A DNA stretch of 64,000 nucleotides from Minisyncoccia bacterium (lineage in GTDB: Bacteria; Patescibacteriota; Minisyncoccia; Phycocordibacterales; UBA9973), in the NCBI GenBank assembly GCA_049287045.1, contig JBAQFC010000001.1, positions 67,309 to 131,308 on the forward strand, in the 5' to 3' direction. Below the pieces are notes generated by a model. The model saw only the letters and a program-made list of their open reading frames with translations. It searched no databases and had not been told where the DNA came from. The translations under genes were made by a program, and so were the position numbers. Below are positions 18,914 to 29,256 of this stretch, piece after piece; the first letter of the stretch is position 1; each line of letters starts with the position of its first letter.

Positions 18914-19462
18914 ATGCTAAAATATTTAAATATGAAATTAGTAGTTGGTTTAGGAAACCCAGGAAAAGAATACGAAAAGACAAGACATAATGCTGGACGC
19001 ATTATGGTTTCTTTGATTTCTGAAAAAGTGGATCCAAAAAATAAAATTAAATTTATCACTCCAGATACTTTTATGAATAATTCCGGTAAGGCTATCATAC
19101 CTTTTATAAAATCAAAAAAAGATTTAGCTAGTTTGGTTGTTATTTATGATGATATTGATTTACCAATTGGTAGAATTAAAATTTCTTTTAACAGGTCTTC
19201 TGGGGGACACAATGGGGTAGAGTCCATTATTAAACACGTGAAGTCTCAAGAATTTTTAAGAATCAGAATTGGAGTCTCTCCAGAGACGCCAGGCGGAAAA
19301 CTCAGAAAACCATCAGGGGAGAAAGCAGTCTTAAATTTCTTGCTCGGTGAATTCAAAAAGAGCGAACTAGACGAACTCAAAAAACTTTCTAAAAAAGTAG
19401 CAGAAGCAGTAGATATGTTTTACTCGGAAGGTATGGGTAAGACAATGAGCTTATTTAATTAA
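18914..19462 (+). CDS. pth: Peptidyl-tRNA hydrolase
   Basis: MKLVVGLGNPGKEYEKTRHNAG. Confidence 0.9.
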   Translation: MLKYLNMKLVVGLGNPGKEYEKTRHNAGRIMVSLISEKVDPKNKIKFITPDTFMNNSGKAIIPFIKSKKDLASLVVIYDDIDLPIGRIKISFNRSSGGHNGVESIIKHVKSQEFLRIRIGVSPETPGGKLRKPSGEKAVLNFLLGEFKKSELDELKKLSKKVAEAVDMFYSEGMGKTMSLFN

Positions 19463-19464
19463 TT

Positions 19465-19485
19465 CCCACATGTCGGACATGTGGG
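19465..19485. repeat. Palindromic repeat CCCACATGTCGGACATGTGGG. The same family occurs at 43177-43221 and 44983-45023.
   Basis: 21-nt perfect palindrome immediately after the pth stop, followed by AATTTTGTT. It may double as a terminator. Confidence 0.75.
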
Positions 19486-19492
19486 AATTTTG

Positions 19493-19521
19493 TTGACAAA
19501 CAAGTTGTGATTCTTTATCAT
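19493..19521 (+). promoter_or_regulatory. Putative sigma70 promoter TTGACA-17-TATCAT
   Basis: Sequence match only. It lies about 125 nt upstream of the ORF at 19646. Confidence 0.35.
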
Positions 19522-19645
19522 GGTACTTCTGTATTGTTCTTTCAAAAAAATTTTTGTTTTTAATAAATTTGTTTGCTCTCTTGAGGGATTTTAGATCTTT
19601 TAGGAGAATAAATAAATTTAATATAAACAAACTAAAAACTAAAAA

Positions 19646-20173
19646 ATGAAACTAAGACCACAAGCACACGAAAAAATACTCAGAGGAATTTATGCCAATA
19701 ATGGTACAAAATTAGACCTAAAAATGTATTTTGATGAAAAAATGGCAAGAAGAGTTGGTAAAGAGATTGCTGAATTTTCAAAAAAAATTAGTCTTTCAAA
19801 TCCAATCTTCAGAGTGTATCCAGTTAATGATATCCAGGGTAATTTGGATAAATTTGATACACAGTGCCATCCTTCACTTAAAAAAGAAGGGGTTAAGTTC
19901 TCTTTGGAAAGTAAAAATATTCCCGCGTACATTGAATTAATTAAGTGTAAGCCCACAGAGGAATATCAGAGTATTCTAAAAGAAATTAAGGAAAGGTCAT
20001 TTTTCCCTGCACCGTCACCATATGTTTATGGTTTGGGAATACAACACAAAAATATTATTGAAGAATCTTTTGGGTGTATTTTTTCTCCTGATAAAAAAAT
20101 ATATTTAAAGACGAGCACGGTGATTCGTGTTTTATGGGTATTGATTCTTGCAACAACTACAAAGCCACTTTGA
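19646..20173 (+). CDS. Hypothetical protein
   Basis: 175 aa ORF with no recognisable domain. Confidence 0.4.
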   Translation: MKLRPQAHEKILRGIYANNGTKLDLKMYFDEKMARRVGKEIAEFSKKISLSNPIFRVYPVNDIQGNLDKFDTQCHPSLKKEGVKFSLESKNIPAYIELIKCKPTEEYQSILKEIKERSFFPAPSPYVYGLGIQHKNIIEESFGCIFSPDKKIYLKTSTVIRVLWVLILATTTKPL

Positions 20174-20253
20174 TTAAAAGTTCAGGTCACTTTTCTTATA
20201 ATTACTGGTACGCTGTTGTTCGATGATCTTAGTAACATTAATTTTTATTATTT

Positions 20254-20282
20254 AACACCCCAAATATTGGGGTGTTTTTTAT
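20254..20282 (+). terminator. Rho-independent terminator
   Basis: ACACCCC-AAATATT-GGGGTGT followed by TTTTTT. Confidence 0.7.
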
Positions 20283-20311
20283 TTGACAAAATAGCATAAA
20301 TATGCTAGTAT
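20283..20311 (+). promoter_or_regulatory. Sigma70-type promoter TTGACA-17-TAGTAT
   Basis: It lies directly after the terminator. Its extended sequence TTATTTGACAAAAT..CATAAA.AT..GCTA.TAT is nearly identical to the promoter at 61666. Confidence 0.5.
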
Positions 20312-20400
20312 CATAACGAATAAAGTTGTTTTAAAAAAAGTTTTGATTGGTTTCAAAAGTGCCTGTGGGGAATTTTTGAAACCAATTTAAACTAATAAAA

Positions 20401-22224
20401 ATGGAAACAATGGAAATAGTAAAAACAAAAGTTATCTCAATTAATGAGAACTCAGAAATTCTGATACCTTATGATTACCAAGAACCAGTAATTGAAAAAT
20501 TAATGGATTTTGTACAGGAAAATGAAAATAAACCATTCGCAACAGGATTCGTGGTTATGCCAGGAGGTTCTGGTAAAACTGTAATTTTTGCTCATTTGGT
20601 TAAAAGATTAAACCATCGTGTTATTATTGCTTCTCCGACTTTGACTATTTCAGATCAAAATCTTGAAACAATCAGACAAGTAAACCCTGGTCTTAAAATT
20701 AGTGTTTACTATGATGGTGAAAGGGATTTAACAGGTGATGTAATTTTTATTACATATCATTCTCTTATGAGAGTTTTGGCTAGCGAATCAATACCTCGTG
20801 ATTTTGCGAGATATGTTTTATTTGATGAGGCGCATAGAGCGCTTTCACCAGCTAGGTCTAAAATTATTGAAAAGCTGAATGCAGTATGTATTGGTTTTAC
20901 AGCGACTGATAAATTTTCTGAACAAAAAAATGTTGAGAAAAATTTCAAAAATGAAATCTACCGGATGTCTTTAAAAGAGGCTATTGAAATGGGAATTTTG
21001 CTGCCGCTTCGTGGGTATATTGTAGAAACTCAAATTAATTTGAGAGGAGTTCAGTTATCACACAGAAATCAACTTAATGAAAAAGCAGCAGAAAAATATT
21101 TAAACATTGCAGCTAGAAATCAGGTTGCTAGAGATTTTTATTTAAAAAATTTCAAAGGTATACCTGCTGTAGCTTTTTGTATAAGTATTAATCATGCGGT
21201 AGAGCTTGCAAAGTATTTTTCTTTATCTGGTATCAAAGCAGTGGCTGTTCATTCTAAAATCACTAAAGACAAAAGACGTGAAATCTTTTCTGAATATAGA
21301 AAAGGTAATATAGATGTTTTGTGTTCGTGTGATTTATTAATTGAAGGCTGGAATTCTAAGCGTGTTACAGTCGAACTCAATCTAAGACCTACTTATTCTT
21401 GGGTTTTGGCTGAACAAAGAGCTTGCAGAGTAATTAGACCTTTTATTGGGAAAGAAGCTGGAATCATCGTGGAGTTTCAAGATATCTATAGTAAAAAAGA
21501 TCAACATATTTTAGTTCATCATTTATTTGGAAATCGAGAGTATACCCAAGGTGGTTACATTGCTGCACCTAGTAAAATAATGCGAGCAGAAAGGCAAATG
21601 CTGGAAAATAATAATCCAGTTTATGTTTTTGATAACCTAAAAGTTTCTTCTATTGTCCGTGAGGTTGTAAATTTAAAACCAATTATCTCTGATAAAGCCT
21701 TCGGGAACAAAGAGTTGATTAAAGAAATTTTACTTTCTCGCGCAGATGTAAACTACAACGATTTGAAAGTTAGAGCTTTTATGGATCTCGAGTTCAATCA
21801 TTGGCTTTTCAAAGGTAAAGGGCAGTCTCTTATGAAAAAACATCTTGGAATGTTATGGCAAGGTTCTAAAGAAGATTATGAACTTTTTATGTATGACATT
21901 TTGGGTGTGCATCTCTTTAATGAAACTTTTTCTTTGCTTGGAGAAGATATAGAAAATGTGGCTGAAACTTTTGACCCATTAAAAACGAGTATGGACAAGG
22001 AAGTAATACGCAGGTTTGTTAATTTAATCTATAACGACAAAGAGAAACGTATAATTAAATTATACTTTGGTTTTGAATCTGTTAATGGTGAAGGAATGGA
22101 ATTAGAAGAAATAGGAGAAATACTTTCCTTAACAAGAGAAAGAGTGAGGCAAATTAAAGAAAGAGGTATAAGAAATCTTAGAAGATACTTTAAAGAACAT
22201 AAAGTTGGTATTGTTTCAATTTAA
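20401..22224 (+). CDS. SF2 DEAH-type helicase fused to a C-terminal sigma70 region-4-like HTH
   Basis: Helicase motifs I (GGSGKT), II (DEAH), III (TAT) and VI (QRACRVIR). The last 70 aa, ...GMELEEIGEILSLTRERVRQIKERGIRNLRRY, match sigma70 region 4.2. Confidence 0.7.
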   Translation: METMEIVKTKVISINENSEILIPYDYQEPVIEKLMDFVQENENKPFATGFVVMPGGSGKTVIFAHLVKRLNHRVIIASPTLTISDQNLETIRQVNPGLKISVYYDGERDLTGDVIFITYHSLMRVLASESIPRDFARYVLFDEAHRALSPARSKIIEKLNAVCIGFTATDKFSEQKNVEKNFKNEIYRMSLKEAIEMGILLPLRGYIVETQINLRGVQLSHRNQLNEKAAEKYLNIAARNQVARDFYLKNFKGIPAVAFCISINHAVELAKYFSLSGIKAVAVHSKITKDKRREIFSEYRKGNIDVLCSCDLLIEGWNSKRVTVELNLRPTYSWVLAEQRACRVIRPFIGKEAGIIVEFQDIYSKKDQHILVHHLFGNREYTQGGYIAAPSKIMRAERQMLENNNPVYVFDNLKVSSIVREVVNLKPIISDKAFGNKELIKEILLSRADVNYNDLKVRAFMDLEFNHWLFKGKGQSLMKKHLGMLWQGSKEDYELFMYDILGVHLFNETFSLLGEDIENVAETFDPLKTSMDKEVIRRFVNLIYNDKEKRIIKLYFGFESVNGEGMELEEIGEILSLTRERVRQIKERGIRNLRRYFKEHKVGIVSI

Positions 22225-22227
22225 TCA

Positions 22228-22262
22228 AACACCCGTTCTGTAATACAGAACGGGTGTTTTTA
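22228..22262 (+). terminator. Rho-independent terminator
   Basis: ACACCCGTTCTG-TAAT-ACAGAACGGGTGT followed by TTTTTAT. Confidence 0.75.
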
Positions 22263-22380
22263 TATTTCCTTTACTGCTTCTATCAGAACACTTTTTTCAC
22301 CATTATGCACAGAGACTTTGTCGGAGAAAGCTATGCATTTTTCTGGAACCAAAATATCTTTTGAGACTGCAAATATTTTT
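22260..22380 (-). pseudogene. Orphan duplicate of the dnaE 3' end (the last 39 codons and stop, about 90% identical to 24337-24456)
   Basis: A 120-bp segment aligns base-for-base with the real dnaE terminus 2076 bp downstream. It has no start codon and abuts the REP hairpin at 22381. Confidence 0.7.
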
Positions 22381-23155
22381 CTGCGTTAGGTCTTGCCTAA
22401 CGCAGAACTTTGTAATTTAGCCAATCAAAAATTTCTTTCATAAAATACTCCTTTTTTGGAAAATAATTTGGGAAAGATTTTATATCTATTATTTTATTCT
22501 GTGGTCTTTTCTTTTCAATAAAATCTAGATAACTTGAGTAACTATAATTACTTAAATATATTATAGATTCTATTTTATTTTTTATTTCTTTTTCTTTCCA
22601 GTCTTTATCTATCAATTTTATTGGATTTAAATGAATATATGAAAATAAGTATTTTAAATAATTATCATTGTCTGCATGCTCAGATTTAAACTTTCCTTCA
22701 AAAAGTCCACCAGTTCTTTTGTATTTATTATTGTAGTACATAGCATAAGCTGTGCTTAATTTTTGCATAAATTTACTTATTCCACCTTCAATTTTTTCTG
22801 TTATTAAAATATGAAAATGATTCGGCATTAGACAATATGCACCAATGGCAACTAAATTATTTATTCTTTCAATTTCATAAATATCAAAATCTTTATTTCT
22901 TTTAAGATCATATAAATTAAAATTTTGATCTGTATTTGATATGAAAAGTAAACTTATAAAATAATTATAATCTTGTTTGTCTTGGAATATTCTTTGTTTA
23001 CTATTACCACGATTATATATATGATAATATTCGCCTTCAACAAAATTTACTTTGCGTATAGACATACAATAAATTTATCATAATCACTCCGCATTAGGCA
23101 ATTTACGTTAGGCAAGACCTAACGCAGCATTACGAACAGAGACCTAACGCAGACT
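22381..23155 (-). mobile_element. IS200/IS605-type or RAYT-like element: a Y1 HUH transposase gene bounded by inverted REP-type hairpins
   Basis: The left end is CTGCGTTAGG-TCTTG-CCTAACGCAG (22381-22405). The right end is its reverse complement CGTTAGG-CAAGA-CCTAACGCAG (23106-23127), with partial extra copies at 23089-23101 and 23140-23155. Confidence 0.7.
22397..23065 (-). CDS. IS200-like/REP-associated tyrosine (Y1, HUH) transposase
   Basis: GEYYHIYNRGNSKQRIF...AYCLMPNHFHILI (HuH motif), with the catalytic Tyr region in the C-terminal half. Confidence 0.8.
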   Translation of the reverse strand: MSIRKVNFVEGEYYHIYNRGNSKQRIFQDKQDYNYFISLLFISNTDQNFNLYDLKRNKDFDIYEIERINNLVAIGAYCLMPNHFHILITEKIEGGISKFMQKLSTAYAMYYNNKYKRTGGLFEGKFKSEHADNDNYLKYLFSYIHLNPIKLIDKDWKEKEIKNKIESIIYLSNYSYSSYLDFIEKKRPQNKIIDIKSFPNYFPKKEYFMKEIFDWLNYKVLR

Positions 23156-23211
23156 TATTAAAATAAAAAGCCGTTGTAATTTTACAACGGCTTTCAAAAA
23201 AATAATTTTTA

Positions 23212-24240
23212 TTAACCCTTTTTGAATAAACCAATAATGTCTTCTTTAGAAAGCACCCCTCTTGAGGATGGATCAATAAGAATGATTTTACCGGCATTCA
23301 ATTTTTCCCAAGCAAATTCGGCAACCAATTCCGGATATATCTTTAATAAATCCGGAATCAATTTTTTAAACTTCGTTTCCAGTTCACTTGGAGAACTTGA
23401 TACCTGCTGTGTCTTAATAGTTTTATTTTTAGGTACGACAGCAGGTTTATTGGTTAAAATTTTATTTGTTTTATTAATTACATTACCCTGAGGATAAACA
23501 GAAAGAATTTTTATAGTTTTTACACCTTCTTCTTTCTGAGTTTCATAACCGGCATCTTTTAATCTTTTTAATGCTTTTTCACAATCAGTTTTTTTCTTGA
23601 GGGCTAAAGAAAAACTTTCAGGATTTTTTCTGAAAGTTTTTCTGTAGACTGTATTAATTATAGGCAAACCCTTCAGTACTTTTTTTCGTATGTTATCTAT
23701 TTCTTGCAACCTCTTTTGAAGTTCATCTTCTATAGAATCTTCGCTTAAAAATAAAAAAATACTTAAGCCTTTCTGAAAACAAAAAAAATTATTTTCGCGC
23801 AGCATGGAAACTACATTTTCAATATTTTCTGAAGTAGCAAATTCTGCTCGCGCCATCGACATTTGTTTTTGAGAAGAAAAAAGTGTTTTATATCCAAATT
23901 TCATCTCCCCGGTTGATTTAGGCATCTTAATATCATCAATAATGATACTGTTGGCTTTTTCAACCAAGATAGTGCCTTCCTTTCTTTCTTGTTCGCTTTC
24001 ATTAAGGTTTGGTAAAAGAATATGGAGATGTTTCTCGTTTTCTTTGCAAGAAAGTATTTCATTTCTCATAAGAATTTCCTCTGCTACTTCAGCAGAATCT
24101 TTTGAATCAAATTCCATAACTAAATAATTTGGAATGAATTCATTTGTTAGCACTTTTGCTATGATTTTTGAAAGCAGGTTTGCAATTTTTGAATAAAATT
24201 CTCTGTACCTCGTTGGTACAATTTTTATTGGGTTTTCCAT
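23212..24240 (-). CDS. Hypothetical protein lying inside the segment bounded by the duplicated dnaE ends
   Basis: 342 aa ORF with no recognisable domain. Confidence 0.45.
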   Translation of the reverse strand: MENPIKIVPTRYREFYSKIANLLSKIIAKVLTNEFIPNYLVMEFDSKDSAEVAEEILMRNEILSCKENEKHLHILLPNLNESEQERKEGTILVEKANSIIIDDIKMPKSTGEMKFGYKTLFSSQKQMSMARAEFATSENIENVVSMLRENNFFCFQKGLSIFLFLSEDSIEDELQKRLQEIDNIRKKVLKGLPIINTVYRKTFRKNPESFSLALKKKTDCEKALKRLKDAGYETQKEEGVKTIKILSVYPQGNVINKTNKILTNKPAVVPKNKTIKTQQVSSSPSELETKFKKLIPDLLKIYPELVAEFAWEKLNAGKIILIDPSSRGVLSKEDIIGLFKKG

Positions 24241-24335
24241 TAGCTTTGGGTTTTAAGGGTTTATAGATTTTTTAAAAAACTTTTTTATTAATCTATCATA
24301 CAATACAGACTATGTCAATAGTATGTATTGTAAAT

Positions 24336-27300
24336 TTATATTTCCTTTACCGCTTCAATCAGAACACTTTTTTCACCATTTCGTACAGATACTTTACCCG
24401 AGAATGCTATACATTTTTCTGGAACTAAAATATCTTTTGAGACTGCAAATATTTTTGGAAAAGCGACAGCTTCTATCGAACCGGTAAAATCTGAAATTTT
24501 AATGAAGGCCATCTGGTCATTTTTCTTGGTTGTGACAAGCCTAGAGATTTCGATGATTCCGGCAAGCGTAACAGTCATATCATTTCCAATTCTTTCTAAT
24601 ACTTTTTTAATATTCATATCACGACTTTCTATTTTTTCACGTAGTCTGTCGAGGGGGTGTCCGGAAACATATAACCCTAGAAGTTCTTTTTCCCAAAGTA
24701 ATTTTTCTGCTTGAGTTGCAGCAGGTGCTGGTTTTAGAGTGAGTGCTTGGAATTCTGTTACTGGTAATGTACCAAAAAGTGAAACCTGATTGGCTGCTTG
24801 TTTGGAGTTCTCACGGATATAAGCAAGCATATCTTCTAGGTTCGCTAGAAGTAAACCACGTTCTCCAAAGTCATCCATGCTACCTGTTTTTATTAAAGCT
24901 TCCATGGATTTTTTGTTTAAATTTTTACTTTTGACTCTATCTAGGAAATCAGTGATAGATTTGAATTTACCATTATTCTTTCTCTCTTCAATCAAAGCTT
25001 CTCCTATTTCGGCGCCAAAATTTTTTATTGTATAAAGTCCGAAGCGAATTGTTTTGTCGTCAATACGAGTAAAACCTTGGAAACTTTCATTTACATGTGG
25101 AGGCAAGACTTTGATTCCCATTTTTTCACATTCACGAGTAATCTCAGAAATTTTCTCTACATCTCCGGATTCAGCTGTGAGTACTGCACACATGTATTCG
25201 ACAGGGAAGTTGGCTTTCATATAAGCTGTTTGGTAAGCGACGCGTCCGTAACTCGCTGAGTGTGCTTTGTTGAAACCATACGCAGCAAAAGGTTCGATTT
25301 GTTTCCAAAGTTCTTGAGCTTTTTTGAGTGGCCATTTACTGTGTTCCACACAACCCGTGATGAAGTGGTCTTTTTGTTTTTCCATTTCCTCAGGAATTTT
25401 TTTACCGACAGCCTTTCTAAACTTGTCGGCTTCACCCCAACTATACCCGGCGATATGAATAGAAATAAGCAAGAGGTCATCTTGGTAAACAAGCACACCA
25501 TAAGTTTGTTTTAGGATTGGCTCGAGCATCGGGTCGAGATATTTTACGAGACTCGGATTATGTTTACGCTCGATATAGAGAGGAATGAATTGAATAGGTC
25601 CTGGACGATATAGAGCCACCATCGCATTGATATCGTGTATAGAAGTTGGTTTTAATTGTTTCAAATAAGCAGTCATACCACCACCGTTCAATTGGAAAAG
25701 TCCCATTGTCTCACCACGAGCTAGCATTTCAAAAGTTTTTTTATCAGCTACGTCTACATAATCAAGATCAACTTTTATGTTGTGAACTTTTTCTGTAATC
25801 TTCACCGCATCAGCAAGGATTGCTAGGTTTTTAATACCAAGAAAATCAAATTTTGGCAGACCGACATCTTCGATCTGATACATATCATACTGAGTAATTA
25901 TTTCTCCACCTTTAGGGTCGTATTGAATCGGTGTGAATTCATAAAGTGGTCGGGGAGCGATGACGATACCTGCAGCATGGACAGAGACGTGTCTAACACA
26001 GCCTTCCATTTTTTTTGCCAAATCAATAATTTCTTTTGTGATAGGTTCTTTTTTGTATGCTTCTTTCAGTTCCGGTACGAGCTTCATTGCGTTGTCTATT
26101 GTCATAGCAGTACCTTGAGAGCCGAGCGGAATTAAACTAGACAATCGATCACCAATAGCATACTCGTAGCCAAGTGCTCGAGCGACGTCACGCACGGAAC
26201 CTTTGGCCATCATTGTTCCAAATGTTCCTATCTGAGCAACACGGTCTTTACCATATTTTTCTTTTGTGTAGGCAATCATTTCTGCTCTACGATTGTCGGC
26301 GAAGTCCATATCAATATCGGGTAGAGAGGGACGCTCTGGGTTCAAGAATCTTTCGAAAGGGAGTTTGTATTCAAGTGGATCGACGTTGGTAATACCGAGC
26401 AAGTATGTCGTCAGAGATCCGGCGACAGATCCTCGAATATTTGTGAAGATATCATTCTCACGAGCGAAACGTAAAAGATCTCCCACAACTAAAAAGTAAG
26501 TAGGGTAACCTTTTTGTTTAATAATACCGAGCTCATATTCAAGTCTGTCCACATACTCTTTGTTCTGTGGTAATTTTCTAAATTCAAAACCTTTATATGC
26601 CAATTCTTTCAAGACTTCATTCGGATCTTTGTCGCCTTCGATTTTAAATTCAGGGAAGTATGCTTTACCCAATTCTATTTCATAATCTTCACACAAGTCA
26701 GATACGAGCATAGTGTTACCGACTGCATCAGGTACATCTTTAAAATATTCTTTTGCTGTTTTCTCATCAATAAAAGAAAAATCATCATCAGAGAATTCAA
26801 ATTTTCCTGTATCTTTTCCTTCAGCACCTGTATTTACCTGGAGCAGGGTATGGTGCGCTTTATGATCATCTTTACATGGGTAGTGTGAGTCTTGAGTAGC
26901 AACGATAGGTATATCGAATTTTTTTCCTAATTTTACTAGTTCATTACGAAGCTCTTGGTCTCTCTCTATGTGTGGGTGAGATTGTACTTCGATAAAATAA
27001 TTTTTACCAAAAATATCAACATGTTCTTTTATTATTGCTTCAGTTTTTTCAACATTTCCAGCAAGTATGGCACGAGAAAGTTTACCTCCCATACATCCTG
27101 AAAGACAAATGATTCCTTCACTGTATTTTTTTAATAGTTCTTCATCAACACGGGGCTTGTAATAATATCCTTCGAGGTTTGCAATCGTGACGATACGCAT
27201 CAAATTTTTATACCCCTGCAAATTTTTTGCGAGCAGTATTAGGTGATATCTTTTATTATCGATGCCTGCTTCCTTGTCAGTTAATTTTCTTTCTGCAACA

Positions 27301-27509
27301 TAGACTTCACACCCGATGATTGGTTTGATCTCATTTTTTTTACATTCTTTATAAAATTCAATTGCTCCGTACATATTGCCATGGTCAGTTATTGCTACAG
27401 CGGGCATATTGAACTTCTTGGCTAGTTTTACCATATCTTCCACCTTAGAAAGCCCATCCAATAGGGAATAGTGCGAATGGTTATGAAGGTGGACGAATTT
27501 GGATGCCAT
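24336..27509 (-). CDS. dnaE: DNA polymerase III alpha subunit
   Basis: 1057 aa with an N-terminal PHP domain ([13 protein letters not shown]), a polymerase core and a C-terminal OB fold. Confidence 0.95.
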   Translation of the reverse strand: MASKFVHLHNHSHYSLLDGLSKVEDMVKLAKKFNMPAVAITDHGNMYGAIEFYKECKKNEIKPIIGCEVYVAERKLTDKEAGIDNKRYHLILLAKNLQGYKNLMRIVTIANLEGYYYKPRVDEELLKKYSEGIICLSGCMGGKLSRAILAGNVEKTEAIIKEHVDIFGKNYFIEVQSHPHIERDQELRNELVKLGKKFDIPIVATQDSHYPCKDDHKAHHTLLQVNTGAEGKDTGKFEFSDDDFSFIDEKTAKEYFKDVPDAVGNTMLVSDLCEDYEIELGKAYFPEFKIEGDKDPNEVLKELAYKGFEFRKLPQNKEYVDRLEYELGIIKQKGYPTYFLVVGDLLRFARENDIFTNIRGSVAGSLTTYLLGITNVDPLEYKLPFERFLNPERPSLPDIDMDFADNRRAEMIAYTKEKYGKDRVAQIGTFGTMMAKGSVRDVARALGYEYAIGDRLSSLIPLGSQGTAMTIDNAMKLVPELKEAYKKEPITKEIIDLAKKMEGCVRHVSVHAAGIVIAPRPLYEFTPIQYDPKGGEIITQYDMYQIEDVGLPKFDFLGIKNLAILADAVKITEKVHNIKVDLDYVDVADKKTFEMLARGETMGLFQLNGGGMTAYLKQLKPTSIHDINAMVALYRPGPIQFIPLYIERKHNPSLVKYLDPMLEPILKQTYGVLVYQDDLLLISIHIAGYSWGEADKFRKAVGKKIPEEMEKQKDHFITGCVEHSKWPLKKAQELWKQIEPFAAYGFNKAHSASYGRVAYQTAYMKANFPVEYMCAVLTAESGDVEKISEITRECEKMGIKVLPPHVNESFQGFTRIDDKTIRFGLYTIKNFGAEIGEALIEERKNNGKFKSITDFLDRVKSKNLNKKSMEALIKTGSMDDFGERGLLLANLEDMLAYIRENSKQAANQVSLFGTLPVTEFQALTLKPAPAATQAEKLLWEKELLGLYVSGHPLDRLREKIESRDMNIKKVLERIGNDMTVTLAGIIEISRLVTTKKNDQMAFIKISDFTGSIEAVAFPKIFAVSKDILVPEKCIAFSGKVSVRNGEKSVLIEAVKEI

Positions 27510-27716
27510 ATTTGTATAATAGCATAAAAATAACCCCTCAAAGCCTCCCCTTTATAATGGAGGGTAAACAATACCCCGTTTAATACCTTATGGAATAACA
27601 CGAAAATCCAATCTGAAAAGACTTGACTTCTATACCAAAAGGTGTATAATAAGCAAGTAGTACAAATTGAACCTTTAAATAAACGAGTAATATACACCTA
27701 ACCCCAAAAACCAGCT

Positions 27717-28367
27717 ATGAAAAGATTTAGATTTATTATTGTAATCGGTTTAATACTGGTTGCTAATTTTGTTAGTGGACAGGATTCCACGGATACTTCA
27801 GTACCCACAAAAATCCCAATCGGTGAAAGGAAGTTAACATTCTATGCTGCAGGCATTTATAATGCCTATGAGTATGGTGGTTGGAACCTAGGATTAAACA
27901 TCCAAAATATTCCAACAGAAATGCGAATCTTCCAAAGAGTTTACTTGGGACTTGAAATTACCAGGAATGCTCAACTTGGTTTAGAAATGGGAGTGAGACC
28001 TTTGAAGAAAAGTTGGGGCAAAGTTAATTACGCCAACAAAATCGGAATAGTCTTTCACGACCGTAACAATGTTTTTACTCCTCATGACTCTTTGGTTTCA
28101 GGATCAATTGGTGCTCCCGGTAAAATGATTATTGCTTTTCAATTAGGCTGTAGTCTTGAAATAATAAACCGGTTTGGCTTCTTTGCAACTTTTAACCCAG
28201 GGATATCCTTTCGTCCTGACTCCAAATTCAATTGGGGCCATAATGGCTACTGGTACTGGGGGTATGAAGGTGGATTCTACTTTAATTTTGGCGGAATGAA
28301 GAAAATTAAAGATGTAACTATGAATAATAGTTACATCAATCAATTTCAATTTTATTCATGGTCATAA
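27717..28367 (+). CDS. Secreted hypothetical protein, aromatic- and Gly-rich, possibly a beta-barrel
   Basis: Signal peptide followed by alternating aromatic/Gly segments. A TTGACT-16-TATAAT promoter lies upstream. Confidence 0.4.
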   Translation: MKRFRFIIVIGLILVANFVSGQDSTDTSVPTKIPIGERKLTFYAAGIYNAYEYGGWNLGLNIQNIPTEMRIFQRVYLGLEITRNAQLGLEMGVRPLKKSWGKVNYANKIGIVFHDRNNVFTPHDSLVSGSIGAPGKMIIAFQLGCSLEIINRFGFFATFNPGISFRPDSKFNWGHNGYWYWGYEGGFYFNFGGMKKIKDVTMNNSYINQFQFYSWS

Positions 28368-28414
28368 ATTTACTACACAAATCTTAAAATGCACAATATT
28401 ATTGTGCATTTTTT

Positions 28415-29182
28415 TTATTTCAAATTTACACTGAGATAAGTCGCTACTATCGCGGCTGTTTCTCCTCGAAGAGTGAGTTGACCCAATGAAGCTATTTTAA
28501 ATCCAGCATCTTTTGCTTTCTGACTTTCTTCTGGTGTCCAGCCTCCTTCAGGTCCGATGAAGATGCAGGGTGAAGATTTCTCTTTTAAAACGCACCCATA
28601 AAATTCTGCTGAATTTTTGCTCGTGCTCGCGCCGTCGCGCTCCCAAGGCGTTTGAAAAGAGAAATCTTCACCGCCTGCATCGAAAAATATATTACATTCG
28701 TTATCCTTTACCATTTCTAAACTTTGTTCAAAAGAAATTGGTTCCATAATTTCAGGAATAAAACTTCGGCCAGATTGTTCAGAGGCTTCTTTAGCTATTT
28801 TTTGTAATCTTTCCATGTTGAGTCCGGTCTTCACTGTGCGTGTGGTTATGATTGGAATTATTTTATTTACTCCGCACTCGGTAGTTTTTTGGACAACAAG
28901 TTCAAAATTTTCTTTTTTCAAAACTGCACAAAATAGGGTAACACCCCTAGTGTCAAGGTTAAGCCTTGACACTTTTTCTATTTTTAATTTAACAGTATTT
29001 TTATTTATTTCTTCAATACGTGCTATAGCAGAAATTCCTTTACCATCGCAAAGTTCCACTTGTTCATTTATTTCAAGTTTTAATACTTTTGCCATCTGGT
29101 GCGCTATTTCGCCTGTGATTTCTATTTCTTTGTCTGCTTGTGAAAAGTTGAAATTATCTATGAATCTGTGGATTTTTGCCAT
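28415..29182 (-). CDS. rsmE: 16S rRNA (uracil1498-N3)-methyltransferase, RsmE family
   Basis: 255 aa with a PUA-like N-domain (HRF...) and a C-terminal SPOUT-like domain (GPEGGWT.EE). Confidence 0.6.
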   Translation of the reverse strand: MAKIHRFIDNFNFSQADKEIEITGEIAHQMAKVLKLEINEQVELCDGKGISAIARIEEINKNTVKLKIEKVSRLNLDTRGVTLFCAVLKKENFELVVQKTTECGVNKIIPIITTRTVKTGLNMERLQKIAKEASEQSGRSFIPEIMEPISFEQSLEMVKDNECNIFFDAGGEDFSFQTPWERDGASTSKNSAEFYGCVLKEKSSPCIFIGPEGGWTPEESQKAKDAGFKIASLGQLTLRGETAAIVATYLSVNLK

Positions 29183-29256
29183 AAATAAAGTCTAGCACAT
29201 TTTTGTTTTATTTTTGATACAATGAATGTATTAAAAATTTATTGAAATAAAATACA

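Noticed and set aside
27717-28367. Calling the 216-aa secreted protein an outer-membrane beta-barrel
   Set aside because: Aromatic/Gly-rich alternating segments are suggestive but there is no family match. Cell-envelope type cannot be established from this window.
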